Shown: positions 35,634 through 44,191 of the stretch, piece by piece
Layout of the letters: each line of letters starts with the position of its first letter
Position numbering within the stretch: the first letter of the stretch is position 1
Assembly: GCA_050246815.1 (NCBI GenBank)
Contig: JBFWVI010000025.1
Coordinates: forward strand, 1 to 45,368
From: Bdellovibrionales bacterium
GTDB taxonomy: Bacteria > Bdellovibrionota > Bdellovibrionia > Bdellovibrionales > UBA1609
Direction: 5' to 3'
DNA: 45,368 bases
The notes under the pieces: model-generated
What the model was told of the DNA's origin: nothing
Seen by the model: the letters and a program-made list of their open reading frames with translations, nothing else
Databases searched by the model: none
Translations under genes and position numbers: made by a program

Positions 35634-37021
35634 TCAAAAATTTTTCCCGGATTCATGATCCCGTCGGGATCAAACTGGCGCTTAATTTTGCGCATGATTT
35701 CGATTTCGGCGATTGATTTGGTGTGACTTAAATAAGGTTTTTTTGTCAAACCCACTCCATGCTCGGCGGATACCGATCCGCCAAAGCGTTCGATCATATC
35801 AAAAAGGTGTTCATCAACCGCATGGCATTGTTTTAAGAACTCTTCACTGGTCAAGTTGGCCGGCTTTATGATGTTGATATGCAAATTGCCATCACCGATG
35901 TGGCCAAACCACACCACTTCGAAAGTGGGGTATTTCGATTTCAAAAGGGCATCCATTTCTAGCAAAAATTCGGGCACCTTGGCGATGCGGACTGAAATAT
36001 CATTTTTATAGGGCTTGCCAGGAGCGGTGGCTTCACTGATGTCTTCGCGAAAGCGCCAAAAATCTTTGGCTTGCTGCGGAGTCTGCGCCAAAAGGCCATC
36101 GCTCAGCCAACCCTTTTCAATGCCGGATTCAAAAATTTGCATCGCGGTGTCTTCGGCGGTGGCCGAGTCTTTTTCGATTTCAACCACCACATAATAGGGT
36201 GAAGCTTCGTTCAACGGTGACTTTAAGCCGGTGTACTGGGTTACATATTTAAGAGCCAAGTCGGTAAACATCTCGTAGGCAATCAAAGAAGTTTTCGATT
36301 TAAACGCGTGGTAGATCTTCATCACCGCACCCAAATTGGGAACCGCGAATAAAAACACTGCAAGCTCTTGTGGTGGCCGCGTCAGTTGCATCGTGGCCTG
36401 GGTGATCAGTCCTAAAGTGCCCTCGGAGCCAATAAACAAATGGCGAAGATCGTAGCCGGTGGCGTTTTTCACCAGGCTTTTATTGAGTTCCAAGACTTCG
36501 CCCGAGCCTGTGACCACTTGCAGGCCCGCCACCCAATTACGAAATAGGCCGTAACGCAAAACTTTGATGCCGCCGGCATTGGTTGCGATATTGCCGCCAA
36601 CTTGGCTCGAACCGCGCGAGGCAAAGTCCACGGGAAAATAAAGGCCCTTTTCAAGAGCATAATTTTGCAGCTGTTCCGTGATCACACCGGGCTCGCAGAC
36701 CACGGTCTGGTCAAAAGGGTCGAATTCCAGGATGCGATTCATGCGTTCAAAAGAGACCACCACTTCGCCATTGTAGGCGATCGCGGCACCGCTTAAACCT
36801 GTGCGCCCGCCCGACGGCACCAAGGCCATCTTTTGCGTGCGGGCCCAATCGACTAAGGCCTTCACTTGTGCTGTGGTTTTTGGAAAGGTCACAGCCGAAG
36901 GTTTGGGCGTGATGTGTTTTGTCCAGTCTTTGCCGTAGATTTCAAAAGCCTCTTGATCCAAGCGAACCTGATCGGCAGGCAAAAGCCTGGTCAGTTCTTG
37001 TTGCAGATTGTTCGAGGCCAT
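35630..37021 (-). CDS. FAD-binding oxidoreductase, D-2-hydroxyglutarate dehydrogenase-like
   Basis: PSGGRTGLSGAA, GGNIATNAGG, KNATGYDL, GSEGTLG, FGHIGDGNLH, SAEHGVG, NPGK; neighbour of serA. Confidence 0.9.
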   Translation of the reverse strand: MASNNLQQELTRLLPADQVRLDQEAFEIYGKDWTKHITPKPSAVTFPKTTAQVKALVDWARTQKMALVPSGGRTGLSGAAIAYNGEVVVSFERMNRILEFDPFDQTVVCEPGVITEQLQNYALEKGLYFPVDFASRGSSQVGGNIATNAGGIKVLRYGLFRNWVAGLQVVTGSGEVLELNKSLVKNATGYDLRHLFIGSEGTLGLITQATMQLTRPPQELAVFLFAVPNLGAVMKIYHAFKSKTSLIAYEMFTDLALKYVTQYTGLKSPLNEASPYYVVVEIEKDSATAEDTAMQIFESGIEKGWLSDGLLAQTPQQAKDFWRFREDISEATAPGKPYKNDISVRIAKVPEFLLEMDALLKSKYPTFEVVWFGHIGDGNLHINIIKPANLTSEEFLKQCHAVDEHLFDMIERFGGSVSAEHGVGLTKKPYLSHTKSIAEIEIMRKIKRQFDPDGIMNPGKIFD

Positions 37022-37042
37022 TTTCGCTCTTTTCGGGCGACT

Positions 37043-37387
37043 TTATGCCACTAGCCGCTTGAGCATAGAAAAACGCTGGTCGCGGCTGATGTCAAAGGCT
37101 TGTGCGGTGGTCCGGCAGGAATGAATTTCCCTAAGTATGGTCAAAGCCTCGGGCACGGCAATGGTGGCGGCTTCAGGGCGGTCAATGCAGATTCTTTCAA
37201 CCACTTCGGCCAATTGTGAAATTTCAGGTATGCCATAGGTTGTGCCGGTGCCCTTGAGTTTATGAAAGTCCTCAGTGACAACTTGCAGGTGCCGCTGCTG
37301 CATATGGTTGGCGATATGCTGGATTTTCTCTGGCAGTTCCTGAACATACTCAGTGCGAAGCTGATTCATCAGTGTGTCGAAATTCAT
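37043..37387 (-). CDS. Stand-alone Hpt (histidine phosphotransfer) protein
   Basis: FHKLKGTGTTYG motif in a 114-aa helical protein. Confidence 0.9.
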   Translation of the reverse strand: MNFDTLMNQLRTEYVQELPEKIQHIANHMQQRHLQVVTEDFHKLKGTGTTYGIPEISQLAEVVERICIDRPEAATIAVPEALTILREIHSCRTTAQAFDISRDQRFSMLKRLVA

Positions 37388-38745
37388 GCGGCGACTCCTG
37401 TGGTTGTATCTTGATCGTGGTTAGCGGCTTTGCGATTAAACTGCCATTGTGGGAGCGTAAAATAAAAAGTGCTGCCTTCGCCCGGGATGGAATGCACGCC
37501 GATTTGGCCGCCATGCTCTTCGACCAAAGCTTTGGCGATGGCCAGGCCTAGGCCTGTGCCCTTGACCAGGGGGTTTTTTGCGCTGGTCGCCTGACGAAAC
37601 TTTTGAAAGATGAGTTCTTGATCCTCAGGGGCAATACCCTGCCCGTGATCGCGCACGGAAATGCGTAAAGCTTGCTTGTCGTCCATTTCCACCAGCACAT
37701 CGACCGAGGATCCTTGAGGGCTGAATTTGATGGCGTTGGACAGCAGATTAGTCAAAACCTGCTGAATGCGGTCTTGATCCATCAAGACGTTGACCGGTGG
37801 TAACTCTTCCGCTTTCAAATGAACCTTGGCCGATTGAGCCAGCCCCTCGAGACTTGCGAAGGTTTTGCCCACCAAGTCGCTCAGCGAATGCCAATCCGGA
37901 CGAACTTCAAACTTACCGGCCTCGATTTTTGCCAAATCCAGAAGTTCGTTGATCAAGCGGATTAGGCGGTCGGTTTCCATCTCGGCGATATTCAAAAGAT
38001 TGGTGGCCATTTCGTTCAAAGAGCCCACAACCCCTGATTTCAATAAACTCAAAGAACCTTTAATCGAGGTCAGTGGTGTGCGCAGTTCGTGACTGGCGAT
38101 GCTTAAGAATTCGGATTTGGCATGATCCAGGGTCGTCAGGTCTTCCATGTTGCGCAAAACCCGTTGTGCCAAAGAGTTAAAGGTGGCCTGCAGGTGCCCC
38201 AGTTCGTTGGCGGAGGGCACCGCAAATTGATAGGTGTAGCGATCATGCAGAAAATCAGTCATTTTGCGTGACAAGGAGTTGAGCGGCGCGAATACCATTC
38301 GCCTCATGTAGAAAGCCAAAGCCACGATGGTGCCGATCATCAAAAAGGTCAAACACATGGCCACAAAGGTCAGATGTTGATCGGCATAGGCTAGCCGGCC
38401 ACTTTGATAGCGGCGGTATTCCTGTTCGGTCTTCTGCAAGAATTCCACTTTGGGTCGTAGAGCACTGCGCTCATCCAAGGCTTGCACCACACGTCTTAGT
38501 GCCGCGCGGCGGTGTTCGGGCTCTAATTTTTCCATCTGCGCGCGAACTTCGCCCAGTTCGGCTTCACTTGGACGAAGACTCAACCAGCGCCAGGCTTGGC
38601 CCTCAAGGTCTAAGCTCTGTTGCACTGATGCGTAAAGGGCTTGTTGCTCAAAGTATGAATTTTTAAGCTGCAGACCACACACAAAAACCGCGATCAAACA
38701 AAAACCAAGCAAGGCAATCAGTTGGCGTCGGATCATGAAGATCAT
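37384..38745 (-). CDS. HAMP-domain sensor histidine kinase
   Basis: Two TM helices, HAMP (NELGHLQATFN), SHELRTPLTSI, NLLSNAIKFS, DHGQGI, GTGLGL. Confidence 0.95.
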   Translation of the reverse strand: MIFMIRRQLIALLGFCLIAVFVCGLQLKNSYFEQQALYASVQQSLDLEGQAWRWLSLRPSEAELGEVRAQMEKLEPEHRRAALRRVVQALDERSALRPKVEFLQKTEQEYRRYQSGRLAYADQHLTFVAMCLTFLMIGTIVALAFYMRRMVFAPLNSLSRKMTDFLHDRYTYQFAVPSANELGHLQATFNSLAQRVLRNMEDLTTLDHAKSEFLSIASHELRTPLTSIKGSLSLLKSGVVGSLNEMATNLLNIAEMETDRLIRLINELLDLAKIEAGKFEVRPDWHSLSDLVGKTFASLEGLAQSAKVHLKAEELPPVNVLMDQDRIQQVLTNLLSNAIKFSPQGSSVDVLVEMDDKQALRISVRDHGQGIAPEDQELIFQKFRQATSAKNPLVKGTGLGLAIAKALVEEHGGQIGVHSIPGEGSTFYFTLPQWQFNRKAANHDQDTTTGVAA

Positions 38746-39122
38746 GCCGCCCCCGAGTGTTTGGCTAGCACAGCGGCAATCTGTTGGTTGAGCTGCATGG
38801 GATCAAAGGGTTTAGCGATGTAGCCGCGGGCGAGATTGTGAAACTCGCGAATGTCGCTGTCTTGCGATTTTGCGCTTAAAAAAATCACCGGCACAGGCTT
38901 GGGCGTTTCGCTTAAGTAGCGTTTACAAACATTCACGCCGTTGAGCTTGGGCATCATTTCATCCAACAAAATCAAATCGAAACCGCCGTCCAGGGCCAAT
39001 TTTAGCGCCACTTCGCCATTGGGTGCGACGGTGACTTGGTGGCCGCCGAGCTTTTCGAGCGCCAATTTCGCGATCGTTGAAATATTGCTGTCGTCTTCTG
39101 CTAAAAGAATTTTTAAGCTCAT
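38742..39122 (-). CDS. Single-domain response regulator
   Basis: ATG 39122 (MSLKILLAEDD), LLDEMMP, FLSA, AKPF; TGATG overlap with the upstream gene. Confidence 0.92.
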   Translation of the reverse strand: MSLKILLAEDDSNISTIAKLALEKLGGHQVTVAPNGEVALKLALDGGFDLILLDEMMPKLNGVNVCKRYLSETPKPVPVIFLSAKSQDSDIREFHNLARGYIAKPFDPMQLNQQIAAVLAKHSGAA

Positions 39123-39829
39123 CACGACACCGCCCGATTGCTGGCGCCATGTTGAAAGATGTAGCGACGGATTTTCTGCAGCAATGATTCCGAGGCGCCC
39201 AAGAACACAAATTCCACGCGGTACCAATCTGCTTTGTCGGGCAATGGGGTCACGGCCAAAACTTTAAGCGGTGGAACTTTGTCGCCCAGTTGCTCAAAGA
39301 AGGCGGCTTGCAAATCAGCAGTCTGACCCACCTTCATAGACATATTGGTGCGAATGACGACACCAAGCTCTGAGATCGATTCCATCTGCACTTGTGCGGT
39401 GATCACGGCTGCGGCTTGAACAGTTTCAGGAGTAAAGCGAATTTCAGGCTTCACTTCGGGCTGGCGTTTGTCGATCAGCGCACCGATTTTTTGCACCAAC
39501 AACATTGGATCTAACGGTTTGACGATGTAATCGTCCACGCCGGCTCGAACGGCCTTTTCAACGTCTTTTCGGTCGCGTAAACCGGTCAGCATGGCGACTG
39601 AAAGATTTTGATGTCGTGGATTGGCGCGCACGGTTTGAACCAACTCGAAGCCTGAGCACAGGGGCATATTGGCGTCCGAGACCAGGACATCGAAGGTGCC
39701 GTTGTCCAAAAGGTCGATGGCTTTGAGCGCGTTTTCGGCCAAAGAAACTTGATGGCCGGCGTGAACCAGGATTTTCTCTGCCATCTTTAAGATGTCTGGA
39801 TCGTCGTCCACGATCAACAGCCTTGCCAC
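39122..39829 (-). CDS. Response regulator with C-terminal degenerate PilZ-like domain
   Basis: GTG 39829 after GAGGGGG; LIVDDD, SDANMP, VKPL; C-terminal SISELG...YRVEFVF...IRRYI resembles PilZ. Confidence 0.85.
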   Translation of the reverse strand: MARLLIVDDDPDILKMAEKILVHAGHQVSLAENALKAIDLLDNGTFDVLVSDANMPLCSGFELVQTVRANPRHQNLSVAMLTGLRDRKDVEKAVRAGVDDYIVKPLDPMLLVQKIGALIDKRQPEVKPEIRFTPETVQAAAVITAQVQMESISELGVVIRTNMSMKVGQTADLQAAFFEQLGDKVPPLKVLAVTPLPDKADWYRVEFVFLGASESLLQKIRRYIFQHGASNRAVS

Positions 39830-39851
39830 AAACGCCCCCTCTATCAACCAC

Positions 39852-39880
39852 TTATCGGCAGGTAAGTGGTTGGAACTGAA
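39852..39880 (-). promoter_or_regulatory. Putative sigma28 promoter of the REC/REC/HK/Hpt operon
   Basis: Minus strand TTCAG-N16-GCCGATAA with a perfect consensus -10 at 39859-39852. Confidence 0.6.
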
Positions 39881-40032
39881 GAGGTTTTCAGCTTTTTATG
39901 AGGCTTTTTGGGACATTGTTCTTAGGACCAATTGGGGGTCATAAAAGTTCAAAAAAATGACGAAACTCTGGACACTTTTGGATGCTGCACGCGGTCTTTT
40001 CGCCGAAAACCAAATAGCGTACCTATTCTTTT

Positions 40033-40230
40033 ATGGCAGATGTCGACAAAAACTTGCGGTGGTGGGATCGAACTTTTCGATACGTTTTTGGGCTTATTTT
40101 AGTGGCGTGGGGGATTGCAGGGGGGCCGTGGTGGGTTTATGTCGGGATGTATCCGTTAGTGACGGCTTCGTTTGGGTTTTGTCCGGTGTACTGGATATTA
40201 AGAATTAGGCCGCGGCGGCAAAGAACATAA
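40033..40230 (+). CDS. DUF2892 (YgaP-like) small membrane protein
   Basis: KN...DR..R..G, two TM helices, GFCPVY..L.I motif. Confidence 0.9.
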   Translation: MADVDKNLRWWDRTFRYVFGLILVAWGIAGGPWWVYVGMYPLVTASFGFCPVYWILRIRPRRQRT

Positions 40231-40350
40231 AAGTTTTCTGGTATCTGGCCACCGGCCTCGGGCCTCAGGCTGCTGGCCCCGGCCCCTGGGTTTCGGATCA
40301 GGTTGTATAATGCGGCTGCAAGCCTGTCGGCTTTTGCCTCTTACTCTTTT

Positions 40351-40678
40351 TCATTCAGTACATCTAACTTCGCCTGTGACTTTAAGCGGCTGCGTCGCGG
40401 GGAACAGTTCTTTAGCCAGTTGGTAGGTTCTAAATGATTTCATGTCGGAGTCTCCTTGTTTTGGGGAGCGGTGCTCAGCATCGCCTTAAACCTAGCCGAA
40501 GGCAGCGGCAAAGAAACAAACGCCGACAGACGACGCTTTTACCAAATCGCAATGGGCAGCTTGCGCGAAGCGCAAGCAATCATCGATCTTTACGACCCGA
40601 AAGGATTAAAAAAAGCAGCTGACGTCTGGCGCCCACGTCTTCCGTCTCTGCCAAAGTCTCCGCCAACAGTCTCGGTGA
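40351..40678. pseudogene. Four-helix-bundle (23S IVP/Avd-like) gene broken by an inversion and a frameshift
   Basis: Minus 40443..40351 reads MKSFRTYQLAKELF... with AAGGAG RBS. Plus 40468 onward reads AVLSIALNLAEGSGKETNADRRRFYQIAMGSLREAQAIIDL. A shifted frame from 40628 reads GAHVFRLCQSL to a stop at 40678. Confidence 0.8.
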
Positions 40679-40727
40679 CGGTTCTCATGGACCTCAGTCT
40701 CAGCGCTCTGATCTCGTGGCTCTGAGA

Positions 40728-41351
40728 TTAAAAGTCGTAATCGAAGCCGAAGACCCACTGCGTGGCATTCCATTGGTACTGATGCACGAATCCCGCCACG
40801 ATCGTGGTCGAGTGTGAAATGCGGCTGGCGGAAAGAAGGGACAAACCGGCCGAGAAAGAAGATTCCCTCTCGATGGAGAAGTTAGGGTCTTTTAGGCTCC
40901 ACATGATTTTACGAAAATGGGCGGGGATCGACAGGTAAATATCAGTCACCGCAGTTCCGCGGTAGACGATTCCGGGGTTGAGTCCGGCCGAGAACCAAGG
41001 TTGATCTTTCAAATAGTCCGGGAAAAAAATGTTGAGGCTAGAGGCTTGTACAGTTCCAAAAGCGGCTTCAAAACCCAAGGAATGATACCAGCGTTTCGAA
41101 TTGCCAAATTTACCTCGGCGCGCGGCGCTCATCATCAGGCCGACGGATTGGGCATAAAAATCGGCTTCATTCGTGGTCCGTTTGGCCGGGATTTTTTCTT
41201 GCCAGAAAACTAGACGTGGGCCGAACCACCAATTTGCCTCACTGGGTGGCGGTGCGGCCATTTGACTGCGCGGGCTGGGCGGACGTGGATCATTGGCCCA
41301 GCTAAGGGGGCTGGCCAAGAGGAGTAGACTAATGATCAACAGACGCTTCAT
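40728..41351 (-). CDS. Putative small outer-membrane beta-barrel protein
   Basis: Signal peptide, Pro-rich linker, amphipathic strands, C-terminal GFDYDF beta-signal. Confidence 0.7.
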   Translation of the reverse strand: MKRLLIISLLLLASPLSWANDPRPPSPRSQMAAPPPSEANWWFGPRLVFWQEKIPAKRTTNEADFYAQSVGLMMSAARRGKFGNSKRWYHSLGFEAAFGTVQASSLNIFFPDYLKDQPWFSAGLNPGIVYRGTAVTDIYLSIPAHFRKIMWSLKDPNFSIERESSFSAGLSLLSASRISHSTTIVAGFVHQYQWNATQWVFGFDYDF

Positions 41352-41360
41352 GCCTTCATC

Positions 41361-42512
41361 CTACAACGACAAATGGGCCTGCACGAGAGCTAACCAGCCT
41401 TCGGGCGACACATCATTTGGTGAAATAGATCGAGTGTTTTCAACTTCGGCGCGCAACTCAAGTCGGGGAAAGGGGAACATCAAAAGTCCCGCCCCCGCTT
41501 TAAAGAAATCGGTTTCTGTGGCTTTCATATTTTTTTTGTTGGCCTGGCCGACAAAAAACAAGTGGTAGCCACGGGCCAAGCGCTGCGACATCTGTGAAAA
41601 GACGTAATAGCCTTGTTGAGTCACGTCGGTGCTGGGAGTGTGGTTACGCAAAAGCCCGGCATCCAGCAAAACCGCCGCGCCATAGCCAATTCCAGCGCGC
41701 ACTTGAGCGCCCACTTTTGTGGTTTCTAAAATTTTGCTGCTGGAAGAAAGGACCGAAGCCCCGACGCGAATGTCTTTGGACCACTCGCGATCGTAAAGAA
41801 CGGCGATACCCCGCTGCTGCTCGCTTGCTTTTGCCTTGTACAAATTGCCTAAGAAGGGGTTGGCTGTCAGTTCCCAGGTAGGCTGAACGTAGTGCAGAAC
41901 AGCGCCGTGCGATTGATCGTTTTGGCCAAGACCGATGCCGGCCCGGCTGAAGGCGGTATGGTTGACGATGCGCAGGCCATAAGTTTTGTCCATGAATCCC
42001 ATATAGACCCAGAGAGGATCGCCTGCGCGCCAACGCACATAATGTTCGCGCGAAATATAGGGCTCAGTTTTGGTTGCCGTCGCCGTGGCGGGCTTGGGTT
42101 GATAGCCGATACCGCCGACAAAAATCAACTTTTGTTGGGGGTCCATCAAAATGGCCAAGTTAAAATCGGCCTGCATCAAGATGCTGCGGCTTCTGGTCTC
42201 GGTGCCGCCTGGATTGGTATGCATCCACAGATTGCGAGCTTTAATGCCCGGGCGAATCCACCAAGGCAATTGTTTAGTCCCGAAAAAGCCCGATGAAGCC
42301 GACAGCTTTTCTTCGTTATTACTGGTGAAAACCCGAGACGAAACTTCGGCCGACAGCAGGGCTCGACCATAGTCGTTCAAAGGGCCGTTGCCCTGACCAT
42401 TGTAGTGACAGGTCAAGCAAGAGCCATAGCCGATTCCGATGAATTCCGGGTACGCCCAGCCCCAAGTCGGGAGCATCATTAAGCTTAAGATAAGAAGGTG
42501 AGACAGTTTCAT
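41361..42512 (-). CDS. Putative outer-membrane beta-barrel protein with N-terminal CxxCH motif
   Basis: Signal peptide; YPEFIGIGYGSCLTCHYNGQGNGPLNDYGR; alternating-residue strands; ends VQAHLSL. Confidence 0.72.
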   Translation of the reverse strand: MKLSHLLILSLMMLPTWGWAYPEFIGIGYGSCLTCHYNGQGNGPLNDYGRALLSAEVSSRVFTSNNEEKLSASSGFFGTKQLPWWIRPGIKARNLWMHTNPGGTETRSRSILMQADFNLAILMDPQQKLIFVGGIGYQPKPATATATKTEPYISREHYVRWRAGDPLWVYMGFMDKTYGLRIVNHTAFSRAGIGLGQNDQSHGAVLHYVQPTWELTANPFLGNLYKAKASEQQRGIAVLYDREWSKDIRVGASVLSSSSKILETTKVGAQVRAGIGYGAAVLLDAGLLRNHTPSTDVTQQGYYVFSQMSQRLARGYHLFFVGQANKKNMKATETDFFKAGAGLLMFPFPRLELRAEVENTRSISPNDVSPEGWLALVQAHLSL

Positions 42513-42602
42513 TGCTTCTAGATGCTAGTTTCGAAAGACCCCTCAGGGCAATGATGAAATGAGCCGAGATGTAGATTATCATTTGGGTGTGGGGGTACTC
42601 GT

Positions 42603-43145
42603 ATGCGTCGCCGTTTTTACGTTTTGGGTTTATGCACTTTTTTAGTATCGGGTTCATCGTTGGCTGAGACCACGGCCGCCGTGGATGTTGTTTTGAATCC
42701 AGCGGGTAGCTTTCGTGCTGAAACCAAAAAGGTCACGGGTTACGCCTATAAAACCAAAGACGGCGTGGCGGCCGAGAATATCAAGGTGGACTTAAGAACT
42801 TTGACGACCGGAGTCAGCCTGCGAGACCAGCACACCAAAAAGCGCCTGCACACGGACAAACATCCTTTTGCAAAATTGGTCAAAGCCACAGGTAAAGGCG
42901 GCATAGGAAAAGGCATTGTCGAGATTAAAGGTATGCGGCGGGAAGTGACGGGGACATATAAAATTGTCGGCAAGGAATTGCAGGCGGAGTTCCCGTTGAC
43001 TTTGACCGAGTTGCAGATCACCGACGCCAATTATATGGGGGTCGGCGTCGATGACAAAATGGTCTTAAAGGTCAATGTGCCCTTAAAAGATCGCGCCCCT
43101 GCCAGCGCCGGCAAGGCCACCAAGAAGCCAAAAGCTAAAAAGTAA
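42603..43145 (+). CDS. YceI-family lipid/polyisoprenoid-binding protein
   Basis: Signal peptide; VDLRTLTTGVSLRDQH....L...KHP, IKG motifs. Confidence 0.85.
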   Translation: MRRRFYVLGLCTFLVSGSSLAETTAAVDVVLNPAGSFRAETKKVTGYAYKTKDGVAAENIKVDLRTLTTGVSLRDQHTKKRLHTDKHPFAKLVKATGKGGIGKGIVEIKGMRREVTGTYKIVGKELQAEFPLTLTELQITDANYMGVGVDDKMVLKVNVPLKDRAPASAGKATKKPKAKK

Positions 43146-43147
43146 GC

Positions 43148-43459
43148 TTACTTTTGCAGGAGCTTTTTCAGCTCACCACTTTCGAACATTTCCATCATGA
43201 TATCGCTGCCGCCCACCAACTGCTTATCCACATAGAGTTGGGGGATGGTCGGCCATTGGCCGTACTCTTTGATACCTTGGCGCAGTTCTTCGTCTTCCAA
43301 AATATTGCTGGAGCCGAATTCAGTTCCAAGCTCACGCAAGATCGCCACTGCGCGGGCAGAAAAACCACACTGCGGAAACGAGGGCGAGCCTTTCATAAAT
43401 AAAAAAACGCGGTGGTCGGTGAGCATCTTTTCAATACGAGCTTTGGTTGTTTCGTCCAT
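43148..43459 (-). CDS. grxD: Monothiol glutaredoxin (Grx4)
   Basis: LFMKG.P.FPQCGFS, WPTIPQLY, GGSDI. Confidence 0.97.
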   Translation of the reverse strand: MDETTKARIEKMLTDHRVFLFMKGSPSFPQCGFSARAVAILRELGTEFGSSNILEDEELRQGIKEYGQWPTIPQLYVDKQLVGGSDIMMEMFESGELKKLLQK

Positions 43460-43461
43460 GG

Positions 43462-43692
43462 CTACTCCGTCGGTAAAACTTTGATCGTCATAGCATGCAC
43501 TTCACCGGTTTTGAGTTCTTCGGCAAAGACGGCCATGACGGCTTTATGTTGGTTGATGCGGCTTAACTGCAGCAGTTCGGCGCTTTGAATGCGCACTTCA
43601 AAGTGGTCCGAGGTGCCAGTCAAATCAAGCACGGCCACCTGGGCCTTTTTAAATTGATCGCGCAGACGCGCTTCCATTTGTTCGGATGTCAT
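43462..43692 (-). CDS. BolA/IbaG-family protein
   Basis: DLTGTSDHF, SRINQHKAV, EVHAMTI; adjacent to grxD. Confidence 0.95.
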   Translation of the reverse strand: MTSEQMEARLRDQFKKAQVAVLDLTGTSDHFEVRIQSAELLQLSRINQHKAVMAVFAEELKTGEVHAMTIKVLPTE

Positions 43693-43830
43693 AAATTACG
43701 CTCTTTTTTAGCCGGATTTGCTGATCTGGTCATCTAAAATTATGATTTTACTAGGTATTTTATTCATATCGAAAGAGCGTTCATCCGGGGGTGGCGCGTT
43801 TTCGCAAAGTCCGCTATAACGCTAGGCTGC

Positions 43831-44115
43831 ATGGATTACTATTTCACCCCCGCAAGCGAAGAGCATATCGGCCGCGAACGCGCCAAAGCTCGCGAGCTTC
43901 GTGCCTCACAATGGTGGCGTCAAGAATTAGGCAAAGGCCTTTGCTATCATTGCGGAGAGCGGTTTTCAGGGGAAGAGCTGAGCATGGATCATTTGATCCC
44001 GATCGTGCGCGGCGGTGTCTCTTCAAAGAACAATGTGGTGGTCAGTTGCAAGCCATGCAATTCGGCAAAAGGGCACTCCACACGGGCCGAGCTAGCAATG
44101 CGCGGCGAAATTTAG
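43831..44115 (+). CDS. Small HNH endonuclease-family protein
   Basis: CYHC...MDHLIPIVRGG.S.KNNVV.SCKPCN.AKG. Confidence 0.92.
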   Translation: MDYYFTPASEEHIGRERAKARELRASQWWRQELGKGLCYHCGERFSGEELSMDHLIPIVRGGVSSKNNVVVSCKPCNSAKGHSTRAELAMRGEI

Positions 44116-44191
44116 TCTTGCATTTTATCCGGTTTGAAATGCTAATTTAATATCTGTTTGCATCTCCATAGCCCGAAAAGGATGAGGATAC

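Noticed and set aside
40456..40725. Avd-like gene as evidence of a diversity-generating retroelement
   Set aside because: No reverse transcriptase and no TR/VR repeat pair are visible in the window, and the gene is broken.
42542..42570. CTCAG-N16-GCCGAGAT as a sigma28 promoter for the YceI gene
   Set aside because: Two mismatches in the -10 and a long spacer; not distinguishable from chance by eye.
43831..44115. HNH gene as a homing endonuclease or defence system
   Set aside because: A small stand-alone HNH among housekeeping genes, with no intron, methylase or mobile context.
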